From the human T2T-CHM13v2.0 reference genome, Homo sapiens, in assembly GCF_009914755.1 (NCBI RefSeq), contig NC_060934.1: 64,000 nucleotides of DNA; one strand, written 5' to 3'. Position numbers and translations under genes: made by a program. The notes beneath the pieces are model-generated. The model saw nothing but the letters and a program-made list of their open reading frames with translations. It searched no databases and had not been told where the DNA came from. Shown piece after piece: positions 14,398-24,857 of this stretch. Positions within the stretch are counted from its first letter, which is position 1; the number at the start of each line of letters is the position of its first letter.

Positions 14398-15610
14398 GAA
14401 TTTCCCAAAGGATGGTTTGCAGAACACCAGTCTCAACAGAAAAATCTGTGGAAGAAGTGCCCTGTGATCTGGCCTATTTGGAATACTCCATCCATCTTTT
14501 GGAAAATTAAAATATTTATGGTCAAGTTAAAGGCGCTGAGAAGTCCTGCAGTAAATAAACCTGTATTTACTTGGACCCCGTAGCCCCTTTCTGTGGTAGT
14601 GATTGGACCCCATAGCCCCTTTTCCTGGTAGTGATTGGAGCCCGTAGCCCCTTTTCCTGGTAGTGATTGGACCCCGTAGCCCCTTTTCCTGGTAGTGATT
14701 GGAGCCCGTAGCCCCTTTCTGTGGTAGTGATTGGACCCTGTAGCCCCTTTTCCTGGTAGTGATTGGACCCTGTAGCCCCTTTTCCTGGTAGTGATTGGAC
14801 CCCGTAGCCCCTTTTCCTGGTAGTGATTGGACCCTGTAGCCCCTTTTCCTGGTAGTGATTGGACCCCGTAGCCCCTTTTCCTGGTAGTGATTGGACCCCG
14901 TAGCCCCTTTTCCTGGTAGTGATTGGACCCCGTAGCCCCTTTTCCTGGTAGTGATTGGACCCTGTAGCCCCTTTTCCTGGTAGTGATTGGACCCCGTAGC
15001 CCCTTTTCCTGGTAGTGATTGGAGCCCGTAGCCCCTTTTCCTGGTAGTGATTGGACCCCGTAGCCCCTTTTCCTGGTAGTGATTGGACCCCGTAGCCCCT
15101 TTTCCTGGTAGTGATTGGACCCCGTAGCCCCTTTTCCTGGTAGTGATTGGAGCCCGTAGCCCCTTTTCCTGGTAGTGATTGGACCCCGTAGCCCCTTTTC
15201 CTGGTAGTGATTGGACCCCGTAGCCCCTTTTCCTGGTAGTGATTGGACCCCGTAGCCCCTTTCTGTGGTAGTGATTGGACCCTGTAGCCCCTTTTCCTGG
15301 TAGTGATTGGAGCCCGTAGCCCCTTTTCCTGGTAGTGATTGGACCCTGTAGCCCCTTTTCCTGGTAGTGATTGGAGCCCGTAGCCCCTTTTCCTGGTAGT
15401 GATTGGACCCCGTAGCCCCTTTTCCTGGTAGTGATTGGACCCCGTAGCCCCTTTTCCTGGTAGTGATTGGAGCCCGTAGCCCCTTTTCCTGGTAGTGATT
15501 GGACCCCGTAGCCCCTTTTCCTGGTAGTGATTGGACCCTGTAGCCCCTTTTTGTGGTAGTGTGGCTTTGTATCTTGTGGCGCTTGGGTTCTGGGCACACT
15601 TTGGGCCACA
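14398..15610. mobile_element. Ancient hAT-Charlie-type MER (MER112-like) interrupted by the VNTR
   Basis: Left end tttcccaaag...cagaac is inverted-similar to right end gttctg...ctttggg; internal aagtcctgca...acctgt motif is shared with the copy at about 41585-41850. Confidence 0.55.
14571..15562. repeat. VNTR/minisatellite, 31 copies of a 32-bp unit TTGGACCCCGTAGCCCCTTTTCCTGGTAGTGA
   Basis: Units start every 32 nt from 14571 to 15531; only a few recurrent substitution variants, no indels. Confidence 0.98.
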
Positions 15611-15860
15611 TTTCCCTTCCCTTTCCCTGCAATAGCAGAGGCCGGCTCCTTGGCCAGGCTTTGCCCTGCATTCCCACAGCCTCTTGCCCAGTCCTCGTCC
15701 TTCCTTCCTTTCTGTTTCTTCATCAGGGGACCTGTGTTGACCTTGGCCTGACCCCCTGGCCCTGGGAACCCTCCCCTTCTGATTCTTAAACCTTCTCCCT
15801 GACCGTTCCTCCCACCAGCTGTCAAGGATGAAGAGCCACGAGCCAGGATGGAGCATCTAC

Positions 15861-15997
15861 CGGAAGAGGCGGTTGGCTGAGGAGCTGCGGTAGGCAATGT
15901 TGTTGAAGAAGATCTCCAGCTCCTGGTCATTGTCAAAGTCGGCGGTGATGACCGTGCGGACAGGGGAGGGCATGGAGAACTTGGGTGAGGCGATGTC
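15861..15997 (-). CDS. CRTAC1: CRTAC1 exon 8 (137 nt), DIASPKFSMPSPVRTVITADFDNDQELEIFF...NRLF
   Basis: Acceptor ccag|GAC, weak donor CG|gtagat; within ORF 15857..16081. Confidence 0.96.
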
Positions 15998-16484
15998 CTG
16001 GAGGAAACAAGGCTGGGGGTCAGTGGCAGGAGAGTGGGCTGGGGCGGGAGGCCAGCTCTCCTCTATGGAGTGTGGGGGCAATTAAAAATAAGAGACAGTC
16101 CAACCCAAAAGCTCCTCTCCTGCCTCCCGCAAAGGACCTGGGGGCTGCCTTTAGGACCACACAGACCTCAGGCTGCTTGTACGAGAAGAAGGAGGGAAGA
16201 ATAACAGTCGTGCTAGACACCAGTGAAGTGCTTAGCCGATCCCTAGTCTGGATCACACCTGTCCATCCCTTCTGTCCATCCCTTGAGGCAGTACAGACAT
16301 TAGCCTTCCCATTTGACGGGTGAGGTAACTGAGTCCTGGAGAAGGAGGGGAACTGCGATGTCACAGCTACTGAGTGGGGAGGCCAGGGCTTCTGATTCCG
16401 GACTCTGTGCCCTTTCTCCTAGGCACCCTTCCTCCTCTGTGCTGAGTCAGAAGCTGGGTGGGCACCGGAAATCTCTGTGCATCT

Positions 16485-16640
16485 AAATCCAGGCTCCACC
16501 ACTGACTAGCTGTGTGATCTTAGGCAAGTTACTAACCCCCTTGGATCTCACCTTCCCCATCAGTAATGTGGGAATAGTAATAGCTGCCTGGGTTGTGAGG
16601 ATTGCATGTAAAATGCCTGGCACAGAGTGGGCATGACATA
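16485..16640 (+). mobile_element. MIR SINE
   Basis: actagctgtgtgatcttaggcaagttactaac core. Confidence 0.7.
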
Positions 16641-17522
16641 GCTCGCTGGCAGCCTGTCCTGCCTTACCCACCACCTGCCTCAGGGAAGGTGAAAGAGGTT
16701 ACCTGTAGCTGTGGATTTGGCTGCCTCTACTACCTTACGTTGTTTCTTGGGAGTCTTTTTATTTTTATTTTTTGAGACATTTGCTTTGAGGGGGTTGCGG
16801 TATCAGCTACACCTGTCCAGGACTAATGGGGAGACCCCAGGCCCAGGATAGCCCAGCTGGGACTCCAAAGTACTGGGAGGGCCTTGGGGGACCAGGCAAA
16901 GGGTCCCAGGTGTGTTTCTGCCTCTGAAATAGAAGGAGAGCTGGGAAGGGCAATCTTCTATTTCTGAGCGTAATATCCTCATCATAGGTGGGTTTTTCCC
17001 CTAAAGACCTTGGGGACATGTCTAAGTCCCAGGGCCCACGTGGAGAGGGCTGAGAAAGGTACAGGTGGTGTCTCTGGGAGCATCCTCTACCCGACTTGGG
17101 CCTGCTCTCGGCCTCCTGCTGCAGACCCTCTTTGGCAGCCACAGGGATGAGCAGGCTGGGTCAGCGGTCGAGCTGCCTGCTCTGGGGAGGCCAGGGAAAG
17201 AGGCTGTCTCCATCAGAGGAGTAATGAGGTTGAATAAGCCTGGCCAGCTGGTCTGGGTGGGTTGAGCTGGGCCTTAAGAGCCAGGGAGCAAAAAGACCTC
17301 AGGATCTCTAGCCGTTATGATTCTATTGATCCTATAAAAATGGAAACCTCCCATAGCCCCCTTGGGGTTGCCCTATTCGATGCCTGAGCTTCCGAGATAA
17401 TGTATGTTAAGCTTAGCACAGTTCGTGACACATGGAAGGCACTTGATAAATAGGGCATTTATGTATTATTAGTATTATTATTGCTCCTGAGAGCTCTGGG
17501 GAGGGGCCTTCGGAAGAATTAA

Positions 17523-17738
17523 CAGGGTTCCTCACCCTCAGTGCGTTGGCGTTTGGGACTGGATAATCCTTTGTTGTGGGGCTGCTTTGTGCACTGTAGG
17601 GTGTTCAGCCCTATCCCTGGGCTCTGCATACTAGATGCCAGGAGCCCTCCCTTCCCCAGCTGTGACAAACCCAAATGTCCCCAGACATTGTTGAATGTCC
17701 CAGAGGGAGGGCAGCAAGATCATCCCTGTTGAGAAGCT
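17523..17738. mobile_element. MER20 DNA transposon
   Basis: ggataatcctttgttgtggggctg...gtgacaaacccaaatgtccccagacattg...gttgagaa. Confidence 0.8.
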
Positions 17739-18369
17739 GGGTGAGAACAAGAGTAGAATAAAGGTGGAAATCGTCCAAGATCCCAGGACGAGCTGTCCTG
17801 GGCTCAGGGCATGCCTCTTCCCAGCCCAGGGAGCCTGAGTCTCAAGCCTTAGCAGGGAGGGAGTGGCTGGGCCTGGGCGTCCCAAGGTGGCTGCTTACAG
17901 GGAAGGGACTTGGTAGGGGTGGCCTCTTCTTGGTTACACAGACATGAGGTCCCTGGGGACTTCCCTGGGATCCTCAAGCCTCAGGAAAACCCTGGAACTT
18001 TCCCATTTCCTCAGGGGTTTTTGGCAGACCTAGGTATCTGCAGAACAGTCCTGGATCCCTGAGATCAGCTTCAACCAGCCCATGCCCTCTGTTGCCCTCC
18101 CTGAGAAAGTTCCAAACCCATGCCCCTCATGCTGTTGGCACCTCCATCACTGTCACTAACAGCCCTTTTGAAGAATTCTTGGCATCGGTCTATCAACAGC
18201 TCAGGGAGGGGGCACAGAGAGGGCTCTGAGGCCACCTTGCCTGCCATCTGCTGTTTGTCTTTAGGGGCAGCTGTTGGGAACTCCGTGGCTTCAATCTTCC
18301 ATTCTCTCCACCACTTTGCCCTTGGTTTGAACGTCAGTCTGAAAAGGTCTAAAAAGCTGAGGCCTGGCT

Positions 18370-18421
18370 TTTGTGGAGTGTGCAGGGGATGCCATCCTGT
18401 ATCCCCTGCACACTCCACAAA
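18370..18421. repeat. Perfect 21-bp inverted repeat with 10-nt spacer
   Basis: tttgtggagtgtgcaggggat (18370-18390) and atcccctgcacactccacaaa (18401-18421). Confidence 0.97.
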
Positions 18422-18764
18422 CACTCTCTGCTCTAGCTGCTGGATCCTTTCCAGGAGCCACCAGAAAAAATGGCCTGGATCCAGAGAGTGCAGTCCACCT
18501 CCCAGGACTCCGGCCCACCTCGGAGGCTGCTCTCCCACCTCTGCTGACCTGGTTCTTCCTACTCTTGGATCCAGAGCTCCTACAGCAGCCCAGCTGTAGT
18601 CCCTCGTCCCCTGGTGTAACCTTCCTTGTCACCCCACCCCCACTCTGGGCCCTGAGAGCCTTGAGCCCTGCTCAGCCTGGTGGGAGGAGCGAGGCAGCTC
18701 CATGGCATGCCGGGGCACCCCTGCAGTGGTGCTGTAGGGAGGAGTGAGGGAGAGGCCCTTTCTT

Positions 18765-19007
18765 TTTATTTTATTTTATTTATTTATTTTTTTATTTGAG
18801 ATGGAGTCTCGCTCTGTCACTCAGGCTGGAGTGCAGTAGCACGATCTCAGCTCACTGTAACCTCTGCCTCCTGGGCTCAAGATTCCTGTGCCTCAGCTAC
18901 CGGAGTAGCTGGGATTATAGGCACGCACCACCACACCTGGCCAATTTTTGGTATTTTTAGTAGAGACAGGGTTTTGCCATGTTGGACAGGCTGGTCTTGA
19001 ACTCCTG
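18765..19007 (-). mobile_element. 5'-truncated Alu (AluS-like) adjacent to exon 7 donor
   Basis: Reverse-complement Alu ending at gaactcctg; 17-bp TSD 18748-18764 / 19008-19024. Confidence 0.93.
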
Positions 19008-19026
19008 GGGTGAGGCCCCTTCTTAC

Positions 19027-19172
19027 CCGGAAGCGGACCTTCCCATGGGTGCTCATTTGCAGATAGAGGCGGTGGGGGCCATTCCAGTTGCCATAGACGA
19101 TGTCCACTTTGCCATCACGGTTGAAGTCAGCCAGGGCGACACCTCGCCCATGCTGGTGGGGGTCGTCCACAC
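19027..19172 (-). CDS. CRTAC1: CRTAC1 exon 7 (146 nt), VDDPHQHGRGVALADFNRDGKVDIVYG...KVRFR
   Basis: Acceptor ccag|GT GTG, donor CGG|gtaaga; DFNRDG FG-GAP motif; within ORF 18877..19233. Confidence 0.97.
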
Positions 19173-19639
19173 CTGGGGAGGAGAGGCAGGAACTCTCAGG
19201 GCGGCATCCCCTGCACACTCCACAAACACTCACCCTGCTCTAGCTCTGTGACAAGCAACTAGGGAGGGTGACTCTCATCTTGTTCCCGGGAGGAGATACG
19301 GGAGACATAGCTGCAGTCTCAGAAGCTCTCTATAGGGGCAGGAAGTGGGACAGTCATGTGCTTGAAAAGAAGACCCAAGACTTGTGTTCAAGCTGTGTTT
19401 GCCCAGCATGCATATTATTTTTACCCTGTTTGGGGGGTGGCATGGGTTGGGGGAGGGAGACTGGGGGAAATTCTGGAGGACCAAAGGCTCTTCCCGGCCA
19501 CCCCTAACACTGCCACTGGAAGACATTAAGCTGATCATGCCACTCTTTTGCTTAAGCTGATCATGCCCTCCAATCCTTTTAGGGAAAGTTCTAATTCCTG
19601 CCTGGGGAGCACAGGGTTCTGCCTGACCATGGTCCTGTC

Positions 19640-20065
19640 CGCCTTATCTGGTCTTGATCTGGTCCCACTCTCCCCATCTTTCCAGCTCCTGGGCCTTTGC
19701 TCAAGCAGGTCTCTACCTGGGATGCTCTCCCTCTAGCTCTAGGTTACCCAGCTCCTGGTTATTCTGCTCTCAGCCACAATGTCACTTCCTCCGGGAAGCC
19801 CTCCCTGACCACGCATCTGAGACAGCTCATCTTGCCCACCCTGTCAATCTCCCTGACAGCCTCTTAGTCTTCTCCTCCAACATGTTGATCACAATGTGCG
19901 GTTACGTTCCTTTGTGGTTGACTTGTTAGGGTCCGGTTTTCCCACTATCCCTGACGTTCCATGAGGTCAAGACTCTCTTCTTGGTTCACCTGGGTACACG
20001 CAGCATCTATCTCAGGGCCTGTGGTTGCCTGGTAGTTTTCAGTAAATACTTGCTGAATGAGTGCA
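19640..20065 (+). mobile_element. L2 fragment
   Basis: Ends in cagtaaatacttgctgaatgagtg, L2 3' end-like. Confidence 0.55.
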
Positions 20066-22370
20066 CAGACATAAATAACATGACAGAAGGCAAACCGGGG
20101 ACGTGGGTGACAGCAGAGGAAATACTACAGCCACGACAGAGAAGCCCACAGCATGCCTGGTGAGACCTGGAAAGCGAAGCCTCTGTGCCCAATGCCACCT
20201 GCTTATACTATCCACGGAGTGGGTGCTGGGGGAGGAGAGAGGGTGGCTTTGCCCAGAGCGATGGGCTGACCTCCTAGCTGCTCACTGGCCAGTGCATAGC
20301 TTGAGAGACAGAGGTGAATGCGACTCTAAGCACCCACCCACGTTGACTCTTTCAGAGGACAAATAGCTGTGGGTCATCAGGCTCTCTGGGATGGCAGACC
20401 ACAGGACAATGTAATAGGCAGTGGGGATCAGAGACCCCAGGACACAGGGAGCTCTTGCCAGAAGGCAGGGTGGGGCCCCCTGAGAACCCTGGAGGCTGAG
20501 TGTCCTCCTGGGGGAGAGAAGGAGCTGGGGGAGGTGTGGGAAGAAGAGGCAGTGAGACTTGAGAAAGAGGGTTCGCAGAGGACTAGGGGCAGCCTCCAAT
20601 CCCTAGGATTAATACTCCATTAATTCTCTGCCAAACTCCTCGGCCCAAATGTCGGTGGCCTTCTGCGTTGGCCCATTTCTCTCCTATCTATGAGGCACCT
20701 TGACAAGGAGCTGGTTCCCTTTCACGGGAATAATCGGTGCCAGGCTGCATTTCACAGCAGCATCTGTTTGGGTGATGAATGCCCTCTTGACATGTCTTGT
20801 TAAACCCCTGCAATCATTCTGACTTTCAATTACGGGCCTAGCACCTTGCCTCTCTCCTCCCGCCTGATACCTTCTCCCACTCCAACTTGTTCGCTCACCT
20901 CTGCTTCCATCTCTTTAACACCTTATCAAATCCTCTAGGTTTTCTCCACTATTCCCTCCCCTTTGCTTTATGATTTTTCAGCAATGAGAAAATTTGCTGC
21001 CAAAGGATAGCACTAGGAGGGGTGAGCCAGGTGGGAGGACAGGCCAGGGGAGTCCAACTTCTGCCTTGCCAGAGAAGGATAAGAGGTAAGGCAAGGTAGG
21101 GAGCTGAATGGCAAAAAGCTGGGGGTGGGTGTGCATTCTGGGCCAGTAAGTCCCCACAGTGGAGCTCCTGGGCAGAATGCTGGGGTGGTAGGTACTCGTA
21201 AGTCCAAGAATCCAAGAGAACAGACTGGCACACGTGCAGGGATTCGATGTGAACTGCTGGCAACAGCCAGAGCTTGCAGGACCCTTGATCTCTGTGTCTA
21301 GATCCCACTCACCACTCCTGCAGGCCAGAGCTCTTCCCCATGCCTCCAAGAAGGAGGTGAAATCAAACCTCCCATTCATTGGCAAGGTCGGGGGAAATGG
21401 TCAGGGGTGCCTGGGATGTAATCATACATCCGAAAACTTGCAGGAAGTGTCCACTCTGTCATTCAGCAGAATTTACCGGTGGGCACTGGAGGCCAAGCCT
21501 TGCGTCAAGAATGAATAGAACCGTGACCCGGTCCTTGTAAAGCTCATAGACAAACCATGATGGCAATGTGGAGCCTGAAGAAGACGTGCATGCCAGGGGC
21601 AGCAGGAGGAGGAAGGACCAGTTTCTGCTAGGTGGCACAGGGAGTGAGGAAAATCTCTGCAGAGGTGATATTTGAGGTGAACGATGAAGGCTAAACGACG
21701 TTCTGCAGGTAGAGAAGGGGGAGGGCAGTCCAGGCAGAGGCCATGGCAAGTGCAAAGGCCCTGAGGTGGGTGGGGGATGAGTGCAGAGGAAGGAGGAGGA
21801 GCACAGCTGGGGGCCTGGGGCACTATTTTGTGTGGGTTTTATCCTGCTTCTTATTACAGCCGGATATTTTTGTCTACATCTGTTTCTAGAAAGTCATTGC
21901 CTTTTCTGTGTGTAGGGTGGTCTTAGCCTGATTCAAGTGGGCATCCCTGGTTCCCAGTGCCAACCTGACACTTAGTAGGGGCTCCATGAATGCTCACTGT
22001 ATTGAACTGAATGTTGAAGATAAATGTGGGAGGGGGCCAAGGTGGGGAGAGGCAGCTTGGAGGATAGGTTGATGCTGAGAGACACAAGCAGGACTTGGAG
22101 GGTCGCGGGCAATCTCAGGTACTGGAAGATGGCAATTGGCAGGAGTTTCAGACCCCTTTCCCCAGCAGCAAACACTCCCTGTGGCTGGAGCCAAGGGAGC
22201 TAAGGAATAGGAAGTGACAAGCAGCGTTTCTCTGTGTGGTGCAGACGATGACTTGCCCTGCTCTCCCTCAGCCAGAAGAGACTATCCTGGAGGGGGCAGG
22301 GCAGTCTGGAGTCCTCTGTGGGTCTGGGGTGAGGGGTCAGGGTGCACAGGGCATGGCTGCCTCCACTCAC

Positions 22371-22505
22371 CAGCACTGGCCGCAGCGTCCACAAAGGTGC
22401 CATCGCCCCGGTTGTGGAAAAGGAAGTTAGGCCCATTCTCATTGTCGCAGAAGATATCCGAGGCACTGCTGCTGAGGATGGGGCCCACGCTGACGCCTCG
22501 GCCCC
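22371..22505 (-). CDS. CRTAC1: CRTAC1 exon 6 (135 nt), GRGVSVGPIL...HNRGDGTFVDAAASA (RGD motif)
   Basis: Acceptor ctag|GG GGC, donor GCT G|gtgagt; symmetric phase 1-1; within ORF 22282..22764. Confidence 0.97.
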
Positions 22506-23867
22506 CTAGAAAAGACATCGACCCACAGTGAGTGGCAGAAGCAAGCCCCAGGCCCACCTGGAGGACAGGGCTGCCTCTGAGGCCTGAGGGGAACTGCAGC
22601 AGAGGCTCCTCAGAGGAGCCTGGGGGGAATTCTGCTTCCCGTGCTTTCCTGAGCCTAAATCTGGGCTCATGGTCTCCATGAATCTGTGTGGAAGGTAACA
22701 ACACTGATGAAGAGGGAAGGAAGGAGCTCAACCGGGCATGGGGACCCCACACAGAGGCCAGCATCTGCCTTCCCCTTCTAAGAGAAGTGGCTGAACAATC
22801 ATCTTAAATCCTAAACCCACAATAATCCTAAACCCAACTCTAAGCACGCCATTTTGGTCAAGTCACAGATACCCCAACAGACTCCCGACTCTCACTTTGA
22901 GTGATACATATGCTGGTCAAGACCACTGGGTATGTCCCAGCTTTAAGAACCTATAGGGATAGGTCCCAGCTATAGGTACGCAGATGCTTACTTTGCTTTG
23001 TTTGACGTTAAACAATTACATCCATCAATAGTGAATGGGTTGAATGGATTATGGAGCATCCATATGACAAACCATTCTGCAGTAAAAAGACTGCATAGAT
23101 CCATATGGATTGACTTGGAGGAGTGCCTGTGATATATGGTTGAAAGAATCAGCAATTCACCAAGTAATGGTATTGTGAGATCTTGCTTTTATTTTTTAAA
23201 ATAGGAAAATACATGCTAGTTCTGAATACACATGTTTGTGCAGAGTTATTCAGTTCGGAGAAAAGTGGGAAAGGCCGCACCCCAAGCTGTGAACACTGGC
23301 TACCTTCCTTGATGGGGTAGGATGTGGGGAAGGAAAGAGAAACGATAGTTGGCCTTTTTTCTTTGAATGTCTTTGTAGTGTTTGACTTGTTGCAATAAGA
23401 ACTGCTTCTGTAGTTTGAAAGGAAGAAATCCAATAAAGTATATATGTTTTTTAAAACGGAAAGAAATCAAGCCAGCTCCACATTGGGCTTTGAAGTCTCT
23501 AAGATCAAATCTGAGCTATCCACGTCAAGAAGTCTAACCTTAATACGTCCTGAACAAACCACCCCCACCCAGTGGGTTTCAAATGAAGACTCTCTGCTTG
23601 CCAGGCCCCACCTCCAGCTCCCAGGAACACAAATCTGCCCTGAGAAAGCCTTCCCTCAGCCACGCCCCCAAACGCTGGAAATACTGTGCAGAAAATGGCC
23701 CGACCAGGATCAAGACACGGCTTCTAGCCCCAGCCTGGCTTCTAACAAGCTCTGTGACCCTGGGCAATTTACGTTACCCTTGAGCCTCAGTTTCCTCATT
23801 TGTAAAATGGGGGAGAGTCCGACCTGCTTTTTCTACTTTGGGGTTTTGAGAGGACCAAATGAGGTAA

Positions 23868-24660
23868 GATGCACCTGTCAGAATGACCATTATCAAAAAT
23901 ATGAAAGACTACATGTGTTGGCAAGGGTGTAGAGAAAAGGGTACCCTTGTATACTGTTGGTGGGAATGTAAATGAGTACAGACATTATAAAAAACAGTAT
24001 AAGGCTCCTTAAAAATTAAAAATAGAACTGCCATATGATCCAGCAATCCCACTACTAGGTATATATATCCAAAGGAAATGAAATCAGTGTGTTGAAGAGA
24101 TACCTGCACTCTGAGGTTCACTGCAGCATTATTCACAATAGCCAAGATATGGAATGAAGATACGAAGTGTCCATCAATGGATGAATACATAAAGAAAACG
24201 TGATATATATACATAATAGAGTATTACTCAGCCTTAAAGAAGAAAATCCTGTCATTTGTGACAACGTGGATGAACCTGGAGGACATTATGCTAAGTGAAA
24301 TAAGCCAGGCACAGAGAAGCAAATACCACATGATCTCACTTATATGTGGAATCTAAAAAAGTTGAACTCATAGAAGAAGAGAGTAGAATAGTGTTTACTA
24401 GGGGCTAGGGGTAGGGGTGTTGGGGAAATGTTGGTCAAAGGATACAACACTTCAGTTTAACGGGAGGAATAAGTTCAAGAGATCCATTGTACAACATGGT
24501 GACTTTAGTTAATAAGAATGCACTATATACTTGAACTTGCTAAGAGAGTAGATTTTAAGTGTTGTCACCCCCAAAAAAGTATGTGAGATAATGCATATGT
24601 TGATTAGCTCGACTTAGCCATTCCACAATGTCTACATTATTTCAAAACATCATGTTGTAC
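23868..24660 (+). mobile_element. L1MA-type LINE 3' fragment
   Basis: atatgatccagcaatcccact, gcagcattattcacaatagccaag, tggatgaacctggaggacattatgctaagtgaaataagccagg hallmarks of L1 ORF2 end/3' UTR. Confidence 0.9.
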
Positions 24661-24694
24661 GATGAGCTGTATGAAAGGGCTCTGTGGACGCTGC

Positions 24695-24857
24695 AGCCTT
24701 GCTGCTCAGAGCCAGGTCTGAGAAGCAGTTGCAGGAATGTCACCTGGGAGCTTGCTAGAATTGCAGAATCTCAGGCCCCTAATGAAATCAGAACCTGCAT
24801 TCTAACAAGACCCCTGGGTGGTTTATGTGCGCATTAAAGTTTGAAAAGTACTGCTCT
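24695..24857. mobile_element. MER5-type element
   Basis: cacctgggagcttgctagaattgcagaatctcaggccc...aaagtttgaaaagtactg. Confidence 0.7.

Noticed and set aside
14571-15562. CRISPR-like array
   Set aside because: Units are head-to-tail with no unique spacers, there are no cas genes, and the context is a eukaryotic intron; it is a minisatellite.
18370-18421. Canonical pre-miRNA or MADE1 MITE
   Set aside because: The stem is only 21-23 bp with no basal extension for Drosha and has no mariner TIR sequence; better explained with its partner at 19197-19245.
19228-19236. Strong cryptic donor AGG|GTGAGT upstream of exon 7
   Set aside because: It would define only a 61-nt intron to the exon 7 acceptor, below typical human minimum size, and no supporting upstream acceptor was identified.
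19526-19567. Short direct repeats (ttaagctgatcatgcc x2; also gaatgtgtatcag x2 near 2594-2622 and aatcctaaaccca x2 near 22807-22835)
   Set aside because: Ordinary local slippage duplications with no functional cue.
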